From the human T2T-CHM13v2.0 reference genome, Homo sapiens: 64,000 nucleotides of DNA. This document shows, piece after piece, positions 58,871 through 64,000 of the stretch (position 1 is the stretch's first letter; each line of letters opens with the position of its first letter). The notes below the pieces were generated by a model. The model saw only the letters and a list, made by a program, of their open reading frames with translations, did no database searches and had not been told where the DNA came from. The stretch lies in the NCBI GenBank assembly GCA_009914755.4, contig CP086569.2, forward strand, positions 8,576,001 to 8,640,000, read 5' to 3'. A program made the translations under genes and the position numbers.

Positions 58871-60074
58871 ATAAAAACACTTTCAGGTGTTTTTTGGAAG
58901 TTTGTATAATTGCTCCAAAGCATAGATATTGTTTAAAGTTGAGCAATTCATGGGGAACAGGCAGTGAATATTGTTTATATCATTTTCCAGGAATTAGGGT
59001 AAATATGTTAGAAGATTATATATAAATATCTAATAAGCTTTGGTATAAAAAATATTGACAAATGTCAAGCGATTGTGTTTATAGACACTTTCTTCAAAAT
59101 ATTCATAGTTTAATTGGAGAATGAAGAGAAGAGAAATAATTGCAATATACTCTGACAAGTGTTACAACAGATACAATTTAGTAACGGAGTTGGAGAGGAA
59201 GGAAGTTCTCAACTGGGTTTACAAGGGTTTGGGGAACCTTCTTAGGGCAAGAAGAATTGATGGCACCTGTAAGTATTCCAATTTGGAAGCAGAAAGTTTG
59301 GGAGAAAAACACTATAGAAAAAAAAAACATTCTATCAATGATAGAAGTACTAACAGTGCATATGATGCCATCTGCCAAATTCTTAGACCATACTAGCTCA
59401 ATAAATATTTCTTGAATGAATCCATGAATGGAAGATATTGGAAAAAGTGTTCTGGAAGAGATTTTCAAAATCCTATTAAGGAAAGGTAAATACCATGTAC
59501 TTTACAATTTTGCCTGCGTTTCTTTACGTTTTGTTATGTTTACAACCTCATAAGCTCTGTTTTATTTTTTGGTCTTTTCCCTAATATCATGTATGAATCT
59601 TTCCTGAGACTACTTATCTCTTGATCCTTTGACACTATGTTTGTCTCTGATACTCCTTTGTGTGAGGTCCTGGATTTGTATTCCCACAGCTACATCACTC
59701 ATCTCTCCCTGGCACTATTCTGTAATAGAGAGGCCTGGCCCCTGGGAGGCAGTGTTCCTAGGCTCCCATAAAAATTACTGTTTCAGATCAGTCAAGGGGT
59801 GACTCTGCAGAGATTAGAGAACAAGAAGATTACAGAAGCCTGTTTGTTTCCCACTCCTTTTCAGTAGGGAATGTTTCCACAATGATTCCATGCCTGCAGT
59901 AATGCTCTCTGTGTTTCCATTTTCCATGGAGTGGCCCTAATCCTAGACTGGCTTTTCTGATGCCATTTTCTCCAATTATCTTCTCTAAAGGATTTGGGTA
60001 CTATTTTTGGAATTTTAAATTTTAAAAAATATTGATATGGAAGGGGGTCAGTGAAGTGCCTCTTAGAGGAGGGT

Positions 60075-60728
60075 GTGGTTCTGAGAGGTGAAGCTGGCTG
60101 GGCTTCCGGGTCTGATGGGGACTTGGAGAACTTTTGTGTCTAGCTGAAGGATTGTAAACACACCAGTCAGCACTATGTGTCTAGCTAAAGGTTTGTAAAT
60201 GCACCAATCAGTGCTGTTTCTAGCTAATTGGGTGAGGACTTGGAGAACTTTTCTGTCTAGCTAAAGGATTATAAATGCACCAATCAGCACTCTGTCAAAA
60301 TGAATCAATCAGCACTCTGTAAAACAGACCAATCAGCACTCTGTAAAATGGACCAAACAGCTCTCTGTAAATTGGACCAATCAGCAGGATGTGTGCCAGA
60401 CCAAATAAGGGAATAAAAGCAGGCCACCTGAGCCAGCAGCCACAACCCACTCAGGTCCCCTTCCCCGCTGTGGAAGTTTTGTTCTTTCACTCTTCACAAT
60501 AAATCTTGCTGCTGCTCACTCTTTGGGTCCACGCTGCCTTTATGAGCTGTAACACTCACCATGAAGGTCTGCAGCTTCACTCCTGAAGTCAGCAGGACCA
60601 CAAACCCATTGGGAGGAATGAACAACTCTGGACATGCCACCTTTATGAACTGTATCACTCACCATGAAGGTCCGCAGCTTTACTTCTGAAGTCAGCTAGA
60701 CCACGAACCCACCCATTCTGGACGCACT
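60075..60728 (+). mobile_element. LTR12-family (ERV9) LTR, lacking its 5' third relative to copy A. It is the 5' LTR of the downstream ERV internal region.
   Basis: The CCAAT-repeat units 'ggggacttggagaacttttgtgtctagctgaaggattgtaaacacaccagtcagcac...' are followed by 'ccaaataagggaataaaagcagg' and then '...gagctgtaacactcaccatgaaggtctgcagcttcactcctgaag...'. The GC-rich part seen at 18200-18876 in copy A is absent here. Confidence 0.8.
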
Positions 60729-60729
60729 T

Positions 60730-60748
60730 TGGCTACCACAAAGGGAAC
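60730..60748 (+). promoter_or_regulatory. Putative retroviral primer-binding site immediately 3' of the LTR
   Basis: 'tggctaccacaaagggaac' begins 2 bp after the LTR end, with the 5'-TGG start typical of a PBS. I believe ERV9 uses a tRNA-Arg-type PBS, but I cannot verify the match from memory. Confidence 0.45.
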
Positions 60749-62603
60749 ATCGCCTATCACCAAGCAGTGAGATTATCACCTATCGACAAGTGGTGAGTAC
60801 CATCAGATCACTTTTACTTGCTATTCTGTCCTATTTTTCCTTAGAATTCAGGGGCTAAATACTGGGCACCTGTCAGCCAGTTAAAATTGACTAGTGCAGC
60901 CATGAGACTAAAGACATGGGTGTCAGGCTTTCTGGGAAATGACTCTCTAACAATCCCCAACTCTTTGGAGTTGGGAACGTTGGTTTGTCTGGAGCCAGCT
61001 TCCACCTTTCCTGTACTTCTGGGCTGAGCCAGCGGTCAAGAGAGAGGAAAGCCATTCATCTCTGGGGTCCTGACAACAAGTTGGTTGACCCTGCAGCCAT
61101 GAGTTGAACTCTCCAAGGCATGTTGCCCAAGTGAGACTCGCCCATCTACCCATCTGTTCTGACCCTTGCCCCCTGGGTCCTCACATCTGCCAGACAAACT
61201 TCCTTTCACCTCTCCTCTCCCAGGATAGCCCCACTTCTAAAAACCACTGCCAGTCTCTGGAACTTTTCTAGTTTCTCCTATAAGAAAAATTTCTAGTATA
61301 AACTCCAGGACTCTATTCCCTTCTTTAGGCACATGGGCTTACCAATCAGAGAGACATATTTTTTTCCCAAAGCACCATTGTAGGGGGAATTATCTGGGAT
61401 TTTAGGATCCCTCCTCAGACTAGCAGGCCTAGCAAAAGCTATTCCTGAAGCTAGGATATGGGGAGCCTCAGAAATTGTATCCTTCCTATTCATATAAGTG
61501 AGGATAAAAGGTGTCATTTCCAACCCCGGAGATCCCTTCTTCCCTCCACTTCATTTTTGGGAATAGCATCTTTATAGGACATGGGTATGTTCCCAATACT
61601 AACAGAAGAATGCTAAGGACTCTAACAGTTTTTCTAGAATATGTCAGTAAGGGCCACTAAGTCTGAACTTCCTTGGTCCTCCTTGTGGTCTGGGAGGAAA
61701 ACTTGTGTTTCTGCTGCTGCATCAATCAGCACAACTATTCCTGTCAGCAGGGTCCAGGAACCATTGCAGGTTCTTGGGCAGGGAGAGAAACAAAACAAAC
61801 CAGAACTGCAGGTGGTTTTGTCTTTCAGATTGGAAACATTCAGGCATCAACAGGCTTACCCTTGAAATATATCCTTAGCCATTGGGACCAATTTGACCCA
61901 CAAAACCTGAAAAAGAGGCAGCTCATTTTTCTCTGCACTATGGCCTGGCCCCAATATTCTTCTTTTCATTGAAGTAGAATACACAATTATGCAAAGCTTG
62001 TAATTTACATCCCACAGGAGGACCTTTCAGCTTACTCCCATATACTAGCCTCCCTATGGCTCCCCTTCCTATTAATGATAAGCTTCCTCTAATCTCCTCT
62101 GCTCAGAAGGAAATAAGCAAAGAAATCTCCAAAGGACTACAAAAATCCCCAGACTATTAGTTATGTCCTCTTCAAGCTGTAGGGGGAGGGGAATTTGGCC
62201 CAACCCAAGTACATGTCCCCTTCTCCATCTCTGATTTAAATCAGATAAAGGAAGACCTGGGGAAGTTTTTGGAAGTTTCAAATAGGTACATAGATGTCCT
62301 ACAGGGTCTAGGGCAAACCTTTGATCTTGCTTTCAGAGATGTCATGCTATTGTTAGATCAATCCCTGGCCTTCAATGAAAAGAATGCAGCTTACCTGCAG
62401 CCCGAGAGTTTGGAGATACCTGGTATCTTAGTCAAGTAAATGATAGAATGACAGCGGGGGAAAGGGACAAATCTTCTACTGGTCAGTAAGCCATCCCCAG
62501 TATGGATCCCCACTGAGGCCTTGACTCAGATCATGGGGACTGCGGTCATAAACATCTGTTAACCTGTGTTCTAAAAGGATTAAGGAGAATTAGGAAAAAG
62601 ACC

Positions 62604-63081
62604 ATGCATTATTCAATGATGTCCACCATAACTCAGAGAAAGGAAGAAAATCAGTCTGCCTTCCTTGAGTGGCTATGGGAGGCCTTAAGAAAATATTCTC
62701 CCCTGTTACCTGAATTACTCAAGGGTCAATTGATTCTAAGAGATAAATTTATTACCCAATCAGACCCAGATATCAGTAGAAAGCTCCGAAAGCAAGCCTG
62801 GGCCTGGAGCAAAATCTGGAGGCATTATTAAACCTGGTTCCTCGATGTTTTATAATAGGGGCCAAGAGGAACAGGCCCAAAAGGAAAAGCAAGATCAGAG
62901 AAAGGCCACAGCCTTAGTCATGGCCCTCGGAGAGACAAACTTTTGTGGTTCAGAGAGGACAGAAAATGCAGCAGGCCAGTCAGCTGGTAGGGCTTGTTAT
63001 CAGTGTGGTTTACAAGGACACTTTATAAAAGGTTCTCCAATGAGAAACAAGCCACCCCCTTTTCCATGTCTGCTATGCTGA
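62604..63081 (+). pseudogene. gag remnant (capsid C-terminal part and nucleocapsid with CCHC zinc knuckle)
   Basis: ORF 62604-62831 reads '...QSAFLEWLWEALRKYSPL...' and is CA-like. ORF 62845-63081 contains 'CYQCGLQGHFIKGSP' (C-X2-C-X4-H-X4-C) at about 62995-63040. Confidence 0.75.
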
Positions 63082-63189
63082 GACAATCACTGGAAGGCAC
63101 ACTGCCCTAGAGTGTAACAATTCTCTGGGCCAGAAGCCCCCAACCAGATGACCCAACAACAGGACTGAATTTGCCTCAGGCAAGCACCA

Positions 63190-63777
63190 GCTTATGTCAT
63201 CACCCTCACTGAGCCCCAGGTACATTTAACCATTGAGGACCAGGAAATTGATTTCCTCCTAGACACTGGCACAGCCTTCTCAGTGTTAATCTTCTGTCCT
63301 GGACGACTGTCATCAAGGTCCGTTACCATCCAAGGAATCCTGGGACAGCCTGTAACCAGGTATTTCTCCAATCTCCTCAGGTGTAATTGGGAGAGCTTAC
63401 TCTTTTCACATGCCCTTCTTGTTATGTCTGAAAGTCCCACACCCTTATTAGGGAAGGATATATTAGCCAAAGCTGGAGCTATTATCTGCATGACTATGGG
63501 GATCAAGTTACCCATTTGTTGTCTACTACTTGAGGAGGGAATCAACCCTGAATCCTGGGGATTGGAAGGACAATTTGGAAGCAGAAAAAAATGCTCACCC
63601 AGTCCAAATCAGGCTAAAAGACACCAGCACTTTTGCTTATCAAAGCAATATCCCTTAAGGCCTGAATCTCAAAAAGGATTACAGGATATTGCTAAACATT
63701 TAAAAGCTCAATCGAGCCTTAGTAAGGAAATGCAGCAGTCCCTGCAACACCCCAATTCTAGGAGTACAAGAAAATGA
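63190..63777 (+). pseudogene. Retroviral aspartic protease remnant running into the RT N-terminus (pro-pol, same frame)
   Basis: 'DQEIDFLLDTGTAFSVLI' has DTG at 63262-63270. Downstream is 'LLGKDILAKAGAIICM' (GRD/GKD-type motif). 'LSKQYPLRPESQKGLQDIAKHLKAQ' resembles the gammaretroviral RT N-terminus. The frame ends in a stop at 63777. Confidence 0.75.
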
Positions 63778-63839
63778 ATGGTCATTGGAGACTAGTGCAG
63801 GATCTTAGACTCATCAAGGAGGTAGTAATCTCTCTATAT

Positions 63840-64000
63840 CCAGTTGTACCCAAACTCTATAACCTGCTGCCTCAAATACCAGAGGAAGCAGAATAGTTCA
63901 CTGTTCTGAACTTCAAGGATGCCTTCTTCTATATTCCCCTGCACTCTGACTCCCAGCTTGTCTTTGCCTTTGAGGATAGCAGGGACCACACATCCCACCT
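63840..64000 (+). pseudogene. Reverse transcriptase remnant (fingers region), frame-shifted relative to pro
   Basis: 'VPKLYNLLPQIPEEAE*FTVLNFKDAFFYIPLHSDSQLVFAFED' matches the gammaretroviral RT motif '...YNLLSGLPP..WYTVLDLKDAFFCLRLH..SQPLFAFEW', with an in-frame stop. Confidence 0.75.

Larger units (their letters stand above)
60749..64000 (+). mobile_element. ERV9-like (class I, gammaretrovirus-like) endogenous retrovirus internal region: leader, degenerate gag, pro and the start of pol. It continues past the window end.
   Basis: It follows the LTR12 and PBS-like site. It contains a gag NC zinc knuckle, a protease DTG/GKD motif and RT N-terminal motifs in order on the plus strand, in shifting frames. 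Confidence 0.82.

Overview
This window is primate, almost certainly human, nuclear DNA from a repeat-rich intergenic or intronic region. I found no prokaryotic-style gene system and no intact cellular protein-coding gene. The 'novel system' expectation is not met for this window. Every ORF of 120 aa or more in the track falls in a LINE-1 or ERV pseudo-ORF, or in a GC-rich segment where the two paralogous copies differ by frameshifts.

What the sequence does show:
- At least 14 Alu SINEs, most with poly-A/T tails and some with target-site duplications.
- A near full-length (about 6.1 kb) LINE-1 on the minus strand with degenerate ORF1 and ORF2.
- A 5'-truncated LINE-1 on the plus strand carrying a nested Alu.
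- Two copies of an L1 3' fragment with a twin-priming-type inversion.
- Several long polypyrimidine and polypurine microsatellites.
- A direct segmental duplication: copy A at about 4815-19948 and copy B at about 47135-60728, roughly 91-93% identical by eye. Both copies end in an ERV9-type LTR12. Copy B continues into ERV internal sequence (PBS-like site, gag zinc knuckle, protease DTG, RT N-terminus) that runs off the window. Copy A has only the LTR, followed by unrelated AT-rich DNA.

Copy-specific Alu insertions and indels allow relative dating of these events. All coordinates are read by eye and are good to about ±10-20 bp.
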